Assembly: GCA_043817235.1 (NCBI GenBank)
Contig: JBDRHA010000007.1
Span: 137,212 to 201,211, forward strand
DNA length: 64,000 nucleotides
Source: Candidatus Shapirobacteria bacterium
GTDB lineage: Bacteria; Patescibacteriota; Microgenomatia; UBA12405; BS750m-G30
Direction of reading: 5' to 3'
A model generated the notes under the pieces. The model had not been told where the DNA came from. It was given only the letters and a program-made list of their open reading frames with translations, and ran no database searches. The position numbers were made by a program, and so were the translations under genes. Of this stretch, positions 26,049 through 35,438 are shown piece after piece. The number at the start of each line of letters is the position of its first letter. Position 1 is the first letter of the stretch.

Positions 26049-27512
26049 ATGAAGGTTGTTATTGGCTATCCACCCTTAAAATCAGAAAAAGGCTATGCCT
26101 GCTTGGGGCAAAATCGGCAATTCCAATGGGTTAAAACTCCCTGGACTGCTTATCCGGTGGTCCCCGCTTATCTGGCTACTATGTTAAAAAGAGACGGTTT
26201 TGAAGTTTTTTGGCTAGATGGGATTTGGGGAGAGCAAACCTACCAAGAATGGGAAAAAGAATTTTTAGCCCTAAAACCTGACCTTCTTTTTTTAGAAACT
26301 AAAACTCCGGTAATAAAAAAGCATTGGCAAATCATAAGTAAGTTAAAAATTAAAAATGAAAAATTAAAAGTTATTTTATTTGGAGATCACGTAACTGCTT
26401 TGCCTTTAGAGTCCTTCAGGAATTCTAAGGTGGACTATGTTTTGACCGGAGGCAGCTATGATTTTTTGGGTTTAAATTTAGCCCTACACTTAAGGGAGGG
26501 AAAGAATCTAGAGCCGGGAATTTATTATAAAAGCAGTAAAGAAAAGATTAAAAACACTGGTTCTTTTAAGCTAAATCATAATTTAGACAGCCTCCCTTTT
26601 ATTGATCGGGAATTAACTAAATGGAAGCTTTATGCTTATAAAAATAGTAATTATTTACGTTTGCCAGGAACTTATGCGATGTTTGGTCGGGACTGCTGGT
26701 GGGGTAAGTGTACTTTTTGTTCTTGGACTACTCTTTATCCGGGGAAAAACTATCGGAAAATGAGCGTGAAAAGAGCTTTGGCCGAAGTTGGCTATTTAAT
26801 TGAGAATTATGGCATTAGAGAGATAATGGATGATTCCGGTACTTTTCCGGTAGGGGATTGGTTAAGAGAATTTTGTAAAGGGATGATTAAAAAAGAATAT
26901 AGCAAAAGAGCAAGAATTAGCTGTAATATGCGGTTTAACGCGGGCTTGAAAGAAAAAGACTATCAATTAATGGCCAAAGCCGGTTTTCGCTTTTTACTTT
27001 ATGGGCTGGAGTCTGCTTCCCAAAAAACCCTAGACCAGATTGACAAAAATCTGAAAGTAGAGCAAATAGAACCAGCTTTAGAATGGGCTAAAAAAGCAGG
27101 TCTTAATCCTCACCTAACGGCGATGATTGGTTATCCTTGGGAAAGTAAAGTTGAAGCCAAAAAGACCTTAGATTTTGCCAGAAGCCTATTTAGGCGAGGA
27201 TTGGCCGATACTCTGCAGGCAACAATTGTTATCCCTTATCCAGGAACTCCTTTGTTTAAGGAGGCAGATAAAAAAGGCTGGTTAAAAACAAAGTCCTGGG
27301 AGCGCTATGATATGCGTGAGCCAATATTAAAAACCAAAATGAGTGATGCCGAAATTAAAGAATTAGTGCAGGGTTTGTATAAATCAATTTTTACTCCTCG
27401 CTGGCTAGCCAGGAAAGTCAAAGAGGCAGCTGTTGATCCAGAAGTTTTCCAATATTATCTTAGAATGGCTTTTAAATTTTTTAGTAAATTACTTGATTTT
27501 AAAAAACAATAA
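26049..27512 (+). CDS. Cobalamin-binding (class B type) radical SAM protein
   Basis: N-terminal B12-binding-like domain (GDHVT), CWWGKCTFC, GLES.SQ..L and PYPGTPL motifs. Confidence 0.88.
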   Translation: MKVVIGYPPLKSEKGYACLGQNRQFQWVKTPWTAYPVVPAYLATMLKRDGFEVFWLDGIWGEQTYQEWEKEFLALKPDLLFLETKTPVIKKHWQIISKLKIKNEKLKVILFGDHVTALPLESFRNSKVDYVLTGGSYDFLGLNLALHLREGKNLEPGIYYKSSKEKIKNTGSFKLNHNLDSLPFIDRELTKWKLYAYKNSNYLRLPGTYAMFGRDCWWGKCTFCSWTTLYPGKNYRKMSVKRALAEVGYLIENYGIREIMDDSGTFPVGDWLREFCKGMIKKEYSKRARISCNMRFNAGLKEKDYQLMAKAGFRFLLYGLESASQKTLDQIDKNLKVEQIEPALEWAKKAGLNPHLTAMIGYPWESKVEAKKTLDFARSLFRRGLADTLQATIVIPYPGTPLFKEADKKGWLKTKSWERYDMREPILKTKMSDAEIKELVQGLYKSIFTPRWLARKVKEAAVDPEVFQYYLRMAFKFFSKLLDFKKQ

Positions 27513-27515
27513 ATT

Positions 27516-28085
27516 ATGGCACCCTGGCATTTGTTCGGACATTTTATTTTGGGTTTATTAGTGGGTTTTCTTATCTATCGCAAAACTAAAGAAAAAATAC
27601 ATATAGTTATTGCAGTTTTGGCTAGCTTCTTAATAGATTTAGATCATCTTTTTGATTTTTGGGTGGCCTATGGTTTTAATCTCGACTATCTTAAGTTCTT
27701 TAAGATTGACTTTTTCTCTGTTAATCAGGCGGCTTATGTTCCCCTTCATGCTTGGGAGTGGGTGGCTATTTTGTTTTATTTTGCGAGCGGGAAAACCCCG
27801 GAGCTCGCTCCGTGGATGAAAGCTATAATCCTCGCAAAGCCAGGTACCAAACGGTACTTGGCTTTGCGAGCAAAAGAAGAAACTGCGCAGCTTGCTGCGC
27901 AGAGACTTCATTTGGCAAAAAAAATTAAGAAATATCGCTGGATTTTGCTCACGATTGCTCTAGCCGTTATGGGCCATATTTTTTGGGATGCGATTTCTTA
28001 CGGAATTTATCCTTTAGATTATTCAATACTGGTCAGAAGTTTAAACGGATTTGAGATAAGGAGTCGACGATGCGAGCTATTTTAA
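27516..28085 (+). CDS. Membrane-bound metal-dependent hydrolase (YdjM/DUF457-like) carrying an in-frame 44-codon insertion
   Basis: HLFGH, DLDH, LHAWE and HIFWD motifs within TM helices. The non-hydrophobic segment SGKTP...RLHL is encoded by palindromic DNA. Confidence 0.7.
   Translation: MAPWHLFGHFILGLLVGFLIYRKTKEKIHIVIAVLASFLIDLDHLFDFWVAYGFNLDYLKFFKIDFFSVNQAAYVPLHAWEWVAILFYFASGKTPELAPWMKAIILAKPGTKRYLALRAKEETAQLAAQRLHLAKKIKKYRWILLTIALAVMGHIFWDAISYGIYPLDYSILVRSLNGFEIRSRRCELF
27785..27916 (+). mobile_element. Short triple-hairpin element, MITE/PATE-like with IS200/IS605-end architecture, inserted in frame
   Basis: Hairpins CGGAGC-TC-GCTCCG (27799-27812), an 18-bp stem at 27831-27870 and CTGCGCAGC-TT-GCTGCGCAG (27883-27902). 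Second copy at 5177-5260. Removing 132 bp restores ILFYFAKKIKK. Exact boundaries are inferred. Confidence 0.7.
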
Positions 28086-28132
28086 GAAATTGCCAATTAT
28101 TTATCGGACTGCTGATAATTTATAGGATATTC

Positions 28133-28161
28133 TTGACATCGGTGAGAAAATTAGGTACATT
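28133..28161 (+). promoter_or_regulatory. Sigma70-type promoter of the aminotransferase/radical SAM operon
   Basis: TTGACA-17 bp-TACATT in the intergenic gap. Confidence 0.7.
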
Positions 28162-28204
28162 CTGCGTATTGCTTTTTTAAAATTAATAATTCTTTTCAAC
28201 TTAA

Positions 28205-29302
28205 ATGACTAAGACCAAGAAAACAAGATCAGTCAAGAAAACTATTTCAGAAAAGATAGATAATTTTATTCAGTTTAGCAAGCCCATGATCGAGCTTACT
28301 GAAGCCGATTATTCGGCAATAAGAAAAGTGATTGACTCTGGCTGGGTATCAATCGGTAAATACATGGAGAAGCTAGAGCAGTATTTTATAGAGAATTATA
28401 AAGTTAAACATGCTATAGCTTGTTCTTCTTGTACCCAGGGTTTGATTATTGCGATGAAAGCGGCTGGCTGGCGAAAAAAACGAATAGCTCTTCCGTCTTT
28501 CACTTGGCCGAGTACAGTTTTTGCAGCTGAGTCTAGTGGCAATATTCCAATTTTTTGCGATATTGACCCCGAAACCTGGTTAATTGACCTTTCTCTTTTA
28601 AGCCCAAAAAATTATGATGCTGTTGTGGCAGTTGATGTTTTTGGTAACCAGGCGCAGGTAAAGACCGATAAGCCGGTTATTTACGACGCAGCCCATGGAT
28701 TTGGTTTAAAAATGTTGGGGAAGCGTGGTTTAGCCGAGGTTGTTTCTTTTTCCTTTACTAAGGTAGTAACAGCCATGGATGGAGGAATGATATTAACTGA
28801 TGATGATGAAGTTGCGGATATTGCCAAAGAGCTTCGGCGGCTATCTTCACGAATGGGAGAAATTAACGCTGTTGTTTGCTTGCGTTCTTTAAAAAATTAT
28901 AAGCGTAATCAGGAATTAAAACTGGAGAATATTCAAAAATACTGCGAGCTTTTAAGCTTTGAGTATACTATTCAAAAAATACCAGTAGTTACTAATCACA
29001 GTGTTTTTTCAATAGTGTTGCCGAACCAACAAATGAGAGATGCAATTATCAAGGCCTTTGAAGAAAACGATATTGAAGTCAAAGCTTATTATGAGCCTTT
29101 AGTAGGTGGTTTACCCAACACGGACTCGGTTTTTGCTAGGATAATTTCTTTCCCAATATATCCAGCAGTAAAAGACCATATTGCAAAAATATGCGATATA
29201 GCCAATAATGCAGTTGCTGGCACTGTTGATAAATATGTTCAGGGAAAAAGATATTTAGTTAAGAGTAAATATCTAACTGGATATATTCAGACCGCAAGGT
29301 AA
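28205..29302 (+). CDS. DegT/DnrJ/EryC1/StrS PLP-dependent sugar aminotransferase
   Basis: SSCTQGL, PSFTW, DAAHGFG and SFSFTK(PLP Lys)...DGG motifs. Confidence 0.9.
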   Translation: MTKTKKTRSVKKTISEKIDNFIQFSKPMIELTEADYSAIRKVIDSGWVSIGKYMEKLEQYFIENYKVKHAIACSSCTQGLIIAMKAAGWRKKRIALPSFTWPSTVFAAESSGNIPIFCDIDPETWLIDLSLLSPKNYDAVVAVDVFGNQAQVKTDKPVIYDAAHGFGLKMLGKRGLAEVVSFSFTKVVTAMDGGMILTDDDEVADIAKELRRLSSRMGEINAVVCLRSLKNYKRNQELKLENIQKYCELLSFEYTIQKIPVVTNHSVFSIVLPNQQMRDAIIKAFEENDIEVKAYYEPLVGGLPNTDSVFARIISFPIYPAVKDHIAKICDIANNAVAGTVDKYVQGKRYLVKSKYLTGYIQTAR

Positions 29303-30607
29303 ATGAAAGTAGTATTTATTCAGCCCTATTACCATAATATTTGGGAGTCATTGGGAATAGCTTACATCATTGCTTATTGTAAGAAAAATTATTCCGGCAA
29401 CCTAAAGATAGATTTTTATCAAGGCAAGTTTGATAAGGATAAAGAGATAATTAAGGGAGCTAAGGGTGCCGATATTGTAGCTTTTTCTTGCACTTCGCCT
29501 ACGTTTGAGCATGCTCTTAAGTTAGCAAGAGAGTTGAAAAAAAAGAACCCTAGAATTTGGACTGTTTTTGGCGGTTGGCATCCGACCGCTTTGGGCGAGA
29601 AATGTTTTACTAGGGGAGTAGACCAAATTGTGGCAGGAGAAGGAGAAAAGGCATTTTTAGAGATTTTAAAGGGAAACCGAGACAAAATTGTTTATGGAAA
29701 GCCTATAGATTTTTCAGAGTTACCTTGGCCGGACAGAAAAGTAATTAAAAATCAACGCACCATTGATCTTTGTGAAGACATGTGTGGTTTGCGGATTGCT
29801 AGTTTTCAAGCTAACCGGGTTTGTCCTTTTCGCTGCGCTTTTTGTTCAGAAAGAACCATGACTGGTCGTTTTAATCCCAAAGCTAATCCAATCCGTACTC
29901 GCGATGTTAAAGACTTACTTGACGAAATAGAGGTAGTTAGCAATACGTATCGCCTTGATCTTTTTAAGTTTGTTGATGCTACTTTTGATACATCGGCTGA
30001 TTTTGTCATTCGTTTTTGTAAAGAAAAAATAGGCAGGGGTAATAAAATGGAGTGGGAATGTCTTATTCATGCCAGCTTGGCTACCCGGGAGATGTTTAGG
30101 TGGTTGCATAAGGCCAACTGTAATCAGGTCAACGTTGGCTGTGAAAGCGGGAGCCTTAAAATTTTAAATGATATTGGCAAGGGCCTTACCCCTCAGAGAT
30201 TATTGGATGTTTTTGGGTGGGCAAAAGAGTTTGGTATTAAAAGGAGAGCTTTTTTTATTTTAGGGATGCCCAACGAAACCAAGAAAGACATTGTCCTAAC
30301 TGACAAACTTGCGGGTAAGTTAAATCCTGATGTTTTTGGAATTACCCTTCTTTGCCCGTATCCCGGCTGTGACCTTTATGATCATCAAAAGATGAAAAAC
30401 TTCGACTGGTCGGTTACTGACGAATACAGCAATAATTTCTGGCGAACTAAAAATTTTACCAACAGACAACTTAGAAAGATCCAGTCATATTTTGAAGAAA
30501 AATATTACCCGGTTCTTTGTGCTCACCAACGAGAGATGGTTGATGCCAGAAGGAAAAAAGCCAGCAAAAACAAAGCATCTAGATCAAAAAAAGTAATCCC
30601 GGGCTAA
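29303..30607 (+). CDS. Cobalamin-binding (class B type) radical SAM protein
   Basis: ESLGIAYI, GGWHPT, GEGE, CPFRCAFC, GCESGS and GMPNET motifs. Confidence 0.9.
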   Translation: MKVVFIQPYYHNIWESLGIAYIIAYCKKNYSGNLKIDFYQGKFDKDKEIIKGAKGADIVAFSCTSPTFEHALKLARELKKKNPRIWTVFGGWHPTALGEKCFTRGVDQIVAGEGEKAFLEILKGNRDKIVYGKPIDFSELPWPDRKVIKNQRTIDLCEDMCGLRIASFQANRVCPFRCAFCSERTMTGRFNPKANPIRTRDVKDLLDEIEVVSNTYRLDLFKFVDATFDTSADFVIRFCKEKIGRGNKMEWECLIHASLATREMFRWLHKANCNQVNVGCESGSLKILNDIGKGLTPQRLLDVFGWAKEFGIKRRAFFILGMPNETKKDIVLTDKLAGKLNPDVFGITLLCPYPGCDLYDHQKMKNFDWSVTDEYSNNFWRTKNFTNRQLRKIQSYFEEKYYPVLCAHQREMVDARRKKASKNKASRSKKVIPG

Positions 30608-30625
30608 GAGCACTTGGAGCAAGAA

Positions 30626-31669
30626 ATGAATAAAAATCCTCAAATTAAGAATTTACCAACAATTTCTTTCGTTACCCCCACTTATAATAGTGCACCCTGG
30701 ATTAAAAACTATCTCCAATCAATTAGGAAACAAGATTATCCTCAAAGCAAAATAGAGATTTTATTTGTGGATGGTGGTTCGATAGATGACACTCTTAAAT
30801 TGGCCAAGAAATATAAGATTAGAGTGGTCAAGAACAAGTTAATCTTGGGGGATCCAGGCTTTGCTGTTGGCGGGGAAAAAGCTAAAGGCGACTTTATGGT
30901 TTTTATGGGCCATGATAACGAATTGGTTCAGAAGAGCTGGATTCGATTAATGTTAAGGCCGATGTTGGAGGATGAAAAGATTGTGGCCGCTTTTCCGCAT
31001 TTGGATAACAAGAAAACCGATACTTGGTTAACCAGGTATGCTAACCGCTTTACTGACCCCGGTAATCACTTTGTTTATGGCTACGCTAACAATCCTCTGA
31101 CCTTTAATAAGGTCTATGGGGTGGTTAAAAAAACTAAAGATTGGGTTGTTTTTGACTTCAAATTAAAAGATCATCCTGTTCTCGAGTTTGAACAGGGGTT
31201 TATGATTAGAAAAAAAGGCTATTATCGTGACAAAAGCACCTGGTATTGTGGTATTTTGGCGGTTCTTAGCTTAATAAAAGATAAAAAAATGATTGCCTAT
31301 GTTCCCAGAGCAAGCAACTACCATACTACCCTGAATAAGGGCGTAGGTCAGTTTATCAAAAAGCACCGTTGGGCCATAGACTATAATTTGGATAAAAGAA
31401 AGACATTCGGTATCTATAAAGACGCTTTTGGGTTGAAAGCAAGAAGGAAATATATTTCTCTCGACCGAAAAATAAAAATGTTTTTCTACCCCTTTTACGG
31501 GATTAGTTTTATTATGCCTTGCGCAAGAGCTTTGTATATGTTTCTTAAAGACGGAGAAAGGGAATGGCTTTATCATCCTTTTATTACCTTTATTTCCGCT
31601 TTTATTATTTGGCAGGAAGCAGTAAAAATTAAAATATTTAGGAAAAATCCAACAATAGATCGGTATTAG
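30626..31669 (+). CDS. GT2 glycosyltransferase
   Basis: SFVTPTYNS, VDGGSID and GHDN (variant DxD) motifs. Confidence 0.85.
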   Translation: MNKNPQIKNLPTISFVTPTYNSAPWIKNYLQSIRKQDYPQSKIEILFVDGGSIDDTLKLAKKYKIRVVKNKLILGDPGFAVGGEKAKGDFMVFMGHDNELVQKSWIRLMLRPMLEDEKIVAAFPHLDNKKTDTWLTRYANRFTDPGNHFVYGYANNPLTFNKVYGVVKKTKDWVVFDFKLKDHPVLEFEQGFMIRKKGYYRDKSTWYCGILAVLSLIKDKKMIAYVPRASNYHTTLNKGVGQFIKKHRWAIDYNLDKRKTFGIYKDAFGLKARRKYISLDRKIKMFFYPFYGISFIMPCARALYMFLKDGEREWLYHPFITFISAFIIWQEAVKIKIFRKNPTIDRY

Positions 31670-31681
31670 CCGGTAGCGACT

Positions 31682-32356
31682 GTGAGAAGATTTAGTAATA
31701 GTATTAAAAGTAGATTAACAGCTAGACATAAATACGGCTTTAAACTATGCGGGAGCCTAAAAAGCAAAACTGTTTTAGATATTGGAAGTTCTTATGGCTG
31801 GTTTGAAAAATTCGCTCTGGGTTCGGGAGCAAAGAAAGCAGTTGGAATTGAGCCCGAAGAAAAATATTTTTATCAAGCCCAAAGGGAAGTTTCTCAAGCT
31901 CTTTTTAAAAAAGGGTCAGCTCTTAAAATTCCTGAGAAAAATAGATCTTTTGACCTGGTGGTTATGTTTGACGTTTTAGAACATTTGCCCCCAGGCAAAG
32001 AGGGGGTCGCCCTAAGAGAGATAAAAAGAGTTTTAAGAAGCGGCGGTGCTTTGGTAATTTCTACTCCTTTAGATTTTTGGTTAACCAAGCTTACAGATCC
32101 AGCTTGGTATTTTGGCCATCGTCATTATCGAGAAGAGCAATTAAGAAAAATGTTGATGAAAACTGGTTTTAAGGTCAAAAAGGTAGAAAAAAGAGGTGGT
32201 TTTTTTGAAATGGTTAGCGCCCTTCTCCTATACTTTTTTAAGTGGATTTTTAACAAGGAGATTCCCTATAAAGACTTTTGGGATCAAAAAAAAGATCAAG
32301 AGTATTTTGGAAAAGAGAACGGCTTTATGACTATTTTTATTAAAGCAACTAGCTGA
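31682..32356 (+). CDS. Class I SAM-dependent methyltransferase
   Basis: VLDIGSSYG, FDVLEHL and HRHY motifs. Confidence 0.88.
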   Translation: MRRFSNSIKSRLTARHKYGFKLCGSLKSKTVLDIGSSYGWFEKFALGSGAKKAVGIEPEEKYFYQAQREVSQALFKKGSALKIPEKNRSFDLVVMFDVLEHLPPGKEGVALREIKRVLRSGGALVISTPLDFWLTKLTDPAWYFGHRHYREEQLRKMLMKTGFKVKKVEKRGGFFEMVSALLLYFFKWIFNKEIPYKDFWDQKKDQEYFGKENGFMTIFIKATS

Positions 32357-33062
32357 TCTTTTTTACCAGAAATAAATAATTTCTTGAACCAATTCCCAGT
32401 GGCAATATTTGATTAGCTTTTTTATCGACAGCACTAATCAATCTTAGCACTTTAGGATTATTTATTCTTTTGTAGATAAAAAAGGGAAAAAGAGCACCTT
32501 TCTTAATCTTTACTATTTCTAGCTTATTTCTTTTTAATTCTTTAGTGAATTTCCATATGGGAAAAAGGAAATAGTTAGCCCAAGGAAGACCGAAAAAATG
32601 AATTGAAAACAAATTGGGTGACTCAAGGACAGAATAAGCACCCTTTTTAAGGGTTCGGGAAATTTCTTTTAAAACGAATGGCCACTTTTTCATGTATTTT
32701 AGAACCCTGATGCATAAAATGAGGTCAAAAAAATTATCTTTAAAAGGAAGTCCTTTTTCGGCGTTTAAATGTTTGAGGTGAATTTTTTTCTGGCTAAAAG
32801 ATTTTAATGTTTCCTTAATCATTTTTTCCGCAATATCAACTCCGTAAATTTCAATTTGCTTATTTTTAAAAATTTCTAGATTTCTTCCTGCTCCAAAGCC
32901 GATTTCTAGTAAGTTTTTTATTTTTCGAGAAGAGCAGTTTTTTTTAATAAAATCAATTTCCAAATGGTTTAAATAATCCAGGCCCTTGCTGTCGCGAAAA
33001 GCCTTCTGGTTATAAGTTTTTGAAAAATTATTGAAAAATTTTCTGACGCTATTTTTTTTCAT
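32349..33062 (-). CDS. Class I SAM-dependent methyltransferase
   Basis: LLEIGFGAG and LPFKDNFFD motifs. Confidence 0.88.
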   Translation of the reverse strand: MKKNSVRKFFNNFSKTYNQKAFRDSKGLDYLNHLEIDFIKKNCSSRKIKNLLEIGFGAGRNLEIFKNKQIEIYGVDIAEKMIKETLKSFSQKKIHLKHLNAEKGLPFKDNFFDLILCIRVLKYMKKWPFVLKEISRTLKKGAYSVLESPNLFSIHFFGLPWANYFLFPIWKFTKELKRNKLEIVKIKKGALFPFFIYKRINNPKVLRLISAVDKKANQILPLGIGSRNYLFLVKKIS

Positions 33063-33071
33063 TAAAAATTA

Positions 33072-34232
33072 CTAAATAAAAATGAATTTTTTAACTTTAT
33101 CATAATATTTTTCCCATGTCATTTCTTCAACAATCTTTTGATTCGTTTTTATTGCTATATTTCTGACTTTTTGGTTAAACAGAAGCTCTTTAGATTTTCG
33201 AGCTATATCTTTAATCTGCCCAGGCTCAGTCAAACAGTATTTAGCTGTACTTTTGGGGAAAAGTTCTCCAATAGCCCCAATTTTAGTGCTAATTACTGGA
33301 ATTCCGGCGGCCATAGTTTCTATTAAGGCCAGGGGGTATTCTGGCATTTCCCCGCTGAAACGGTAGAGGAAAAAAGCCAAATCTGCTTGTTGAAGATAGA
33401 CTATTAAATTTTTAAGATATTTTTTAGTTAAGGTTGTTTTTGCTTTTACCTGAGGCAAACTCGAAAGCCTTTTTTCAAGAAATTTAATATTAGTTTCCGG
33501 GGTAATAATAAGATTTATTTCAAAATTTATTTTATTTTCTAAAAGTAAGCTGGCTGAGGCTAACATATCATCAACTCCTCTTACGCTATAAATATGTCCG
33601 AAATAGAGTAAGGCCCTGGGTCCGGATTTTGTCTTTGCTCTGGTTTTTAAAAAGCTTTTGGGAACGCCGAAAGGAATTTGTTCCACTTTTGCTTGGGGCG
33701 AGGATAATAAGATCTTATTTTTTAATCTTTTACTTTGGACAATGATCTTGATAATGTGAGCACCCTGTAGGTGTTTGGCGTAAAGCAATTCTAGGGGTTT
33801 CCCTAAAACAGAGGGATGAAAAAGGCAATGGGAGGGCTCAACCAAAAAGTCATAGGGCCGGACAAATTTAAATTCCTTCAGTCCGATACCTCCGTTAATA
33901 ATGTTCAACACAATCCGGCTAAGGCGGCTTTTTGCTTTTTGGCTAAAAACAGCGGCTCCGGAAAGACTTCCAAGGAAATAGACTGTATTTTGAGAGCCGG
34001 TTTTTCGGCAAAAAGAAATAGCGTTGTTGAAAAAGGAGAAGTATGAGCCGGGTAAATAAACGAACTGGATATTTTGATTAAACTTTTTAATCTCTTTTTC
34101 CGAACTATTGCTGATAATATTTGTTTTGAACTCTTTAGGGGTTCTTTTTGCGGTTTCCCAAGCTATTCGAGGAACTGCAGACAGTTTTTTTAAATCGAAT
34201 TTTTCTCTTAGGATAATATTTAGGACTTTCAT
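33072..34232 (-). CDS. GT4 (GT-B) glycosyltransferase
   Basis: YFGHIYSVRG and PLALIETMAAGIPVIST motifs. ATG 34232 preferred because track start 34262 overlaps the divergent gene. Confidence 0.82.
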   Translation of the reverse strand: MKVLNIILREKFDLKKLSAVPRIAWETAKRTPKEFKTNIISNSSEKEIKKFNQNIQFVYLPGSYFSFFNNAISFCRKTGSQNTVYFLGSLSGAAVFSQKAKSRLSRIVLNIINGGIGLKEFKFVRPYDFLVEPSHCLFHPSVLGKPLELLYAKHLQGAHIIKIIVQSKRLKNKILLSSPQAKVEQIPFGVPKSFLKTRAKTKSGPRALLYFGHIYSVRGVDDMLASASLLLENKINFEINLIITPETNIKFLEKRLSSLPQVKAKTTLTKKYLKNLIVYLQQADLAFFLYRFSGEMPEYPLALIETMAAGIPVISTKIGAIGELFPKSTAKYCLTEPGQIKDIARKSKELLFNQKVRNIAIKTNQKIVEEMTWEKYYDKVKKFIFI

Positions 34233-34250
34233 TTTTGCTATAATGTCGCA

Positions 34251-35438
34251 GTGAATCGGCAACTGCAGATATTATACATAAATCTAGGAGACATCGGCAC
34301 TTATTCTTATGACAAACAGGCAGGGAGAATATTGGGGTGGGCAAAACAAGGAAATAGCGTAAATTTATTGGTATCAGAGCTTGGCCGAAAAACTGCAAGC
34401 GAAGAAATTATTAACAAGGATCCGGTTCACGCCCGTCTTTTAACTCTCCCTTTTTCTGGGAAAGAAGCTAATTCGGCGATTAAAATTATCTTTTCATATT
34501 TCTTAAGAGTTTGTTGCGCTCCCCTTATTCTTTTCAAAAAATTGCCAACTTTTGATTTTGCCGTTTCCAATTCTTGTTTTCTGGTGGACATTGTTCCTGT
34601 TTTTTGGCTGAAAATATTTAAAAAGTGTAAAGGCTGGGTATTAATAATGGACAGCATCGTCCCTTCTCCCAAGGAAAGAGAGGGTAATTTTTTGATAAAC
34701 CTCCTTGCTTATTCAGAGTCTATTTTTTTAGGTAAAATTGCCAACTTATTTGCGGATTTAATATTTACAGTTAACCCAGAACTTAAAAAAGAGATGATTA
34801 AAAGAGGCATTGGTGAAAAGAAAATTATTTTTTCTGAAAACGGTCTTTTTATGGAAAAAATCAATTTAGTCAAAAATCCGAAAAAGAAGAAATACGAAGC
34901 CGCCTATATGGGAAGGATTAGCGTTAACAAAGGAGTGTTTGATCTTATTGAAGTTTGGAGGGAATTAATTAAGGAAAAGCCTAAGGCAAGGTTGGCAATA
35001 ATGGGCGGGGGATTGGAAGATGTTGTTGAGAAATTGAAAAAGGAGATAAAAAAGAATGAGTTAGAAAAAAATATTGAATATCTAGGCTTTACCTCGGCTC
35101 CTAAAAAATATCAAGTATTGAAAAACAGTCGGATTTTTTTATACTTGTCGAAAGTAAATGCAGATGAGAGCTGGGGAATAAGTTTAATGGAAGCCTTGGC
35201 TTGTGGAGTGCCAGCTATTAGTTATAATTTGCCGATATATGAACACATTTATAAAACTAAAAGTTTAATTAGGGTTGAGTGCAATAAGGTAAAATCAGTA
35301 ATTACAAGCTTAAAGTTTTTATTGGAGGATGAGAAAACTTATGCCTTGTTGTCTCGAGGGTCAGTTAATTTTGCCAAAAAGTTTGACTGGTTTAAAATAG
35401 CCCAGAAAGACCTAATTAAAATTAGAAAAACACTATGA
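34251..35438 (+). CDS. GT4 (GT-B) glycosyltransferase
   Basis: MGRISVNKG and ESWGISLMEALACGVP motifs. Confidence 0.9.
   Translation: MNRQLQILYINLGDIGTYSYDKQAGRILGWAKQGNSVNLLVSELGRKTASEEIINKDPVHARLLTLPFSGKEANSAIKIIFSYFLRVCCAPLILFKKLPTFDFAVSNSCFLVDIVPVFWLKIFKKCKGWVLIMDSIVPSPKEREGNFLINLLAYSESIFLGKIANLFADLIFTVNPELKKEMIKRGIGEKKIIFSENGLFMEKINLVKNPKKKKYEAAYMGRISVNKGVFDLIEVWRELIKEKPKARLAIMGGGLEDVVEKLKKEIKKNELEKNIEYLGFTSAPKKYQVLKNSRIFLYLSKVNADESWGISLMEALACGVPAISYNLPIYEHIYKTKSLIRVECNKVKSVITSLKFLLEDEKTYALLSRGSVNFAKKFDWFKIAQKDLIKIRKTL

Noticed and set aside
27701-27911. Treating the 27785-27916 element as the same family as the RAYT-flanking palindromes, or the minus-strand 90-aa ORF 27639-27911 as its gene
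   Set aside because: No sequence similarity to CCCACACCWGGTGTGGG. The ORF starts within the element and runs antisense through the hydrolase gene with no motifs.
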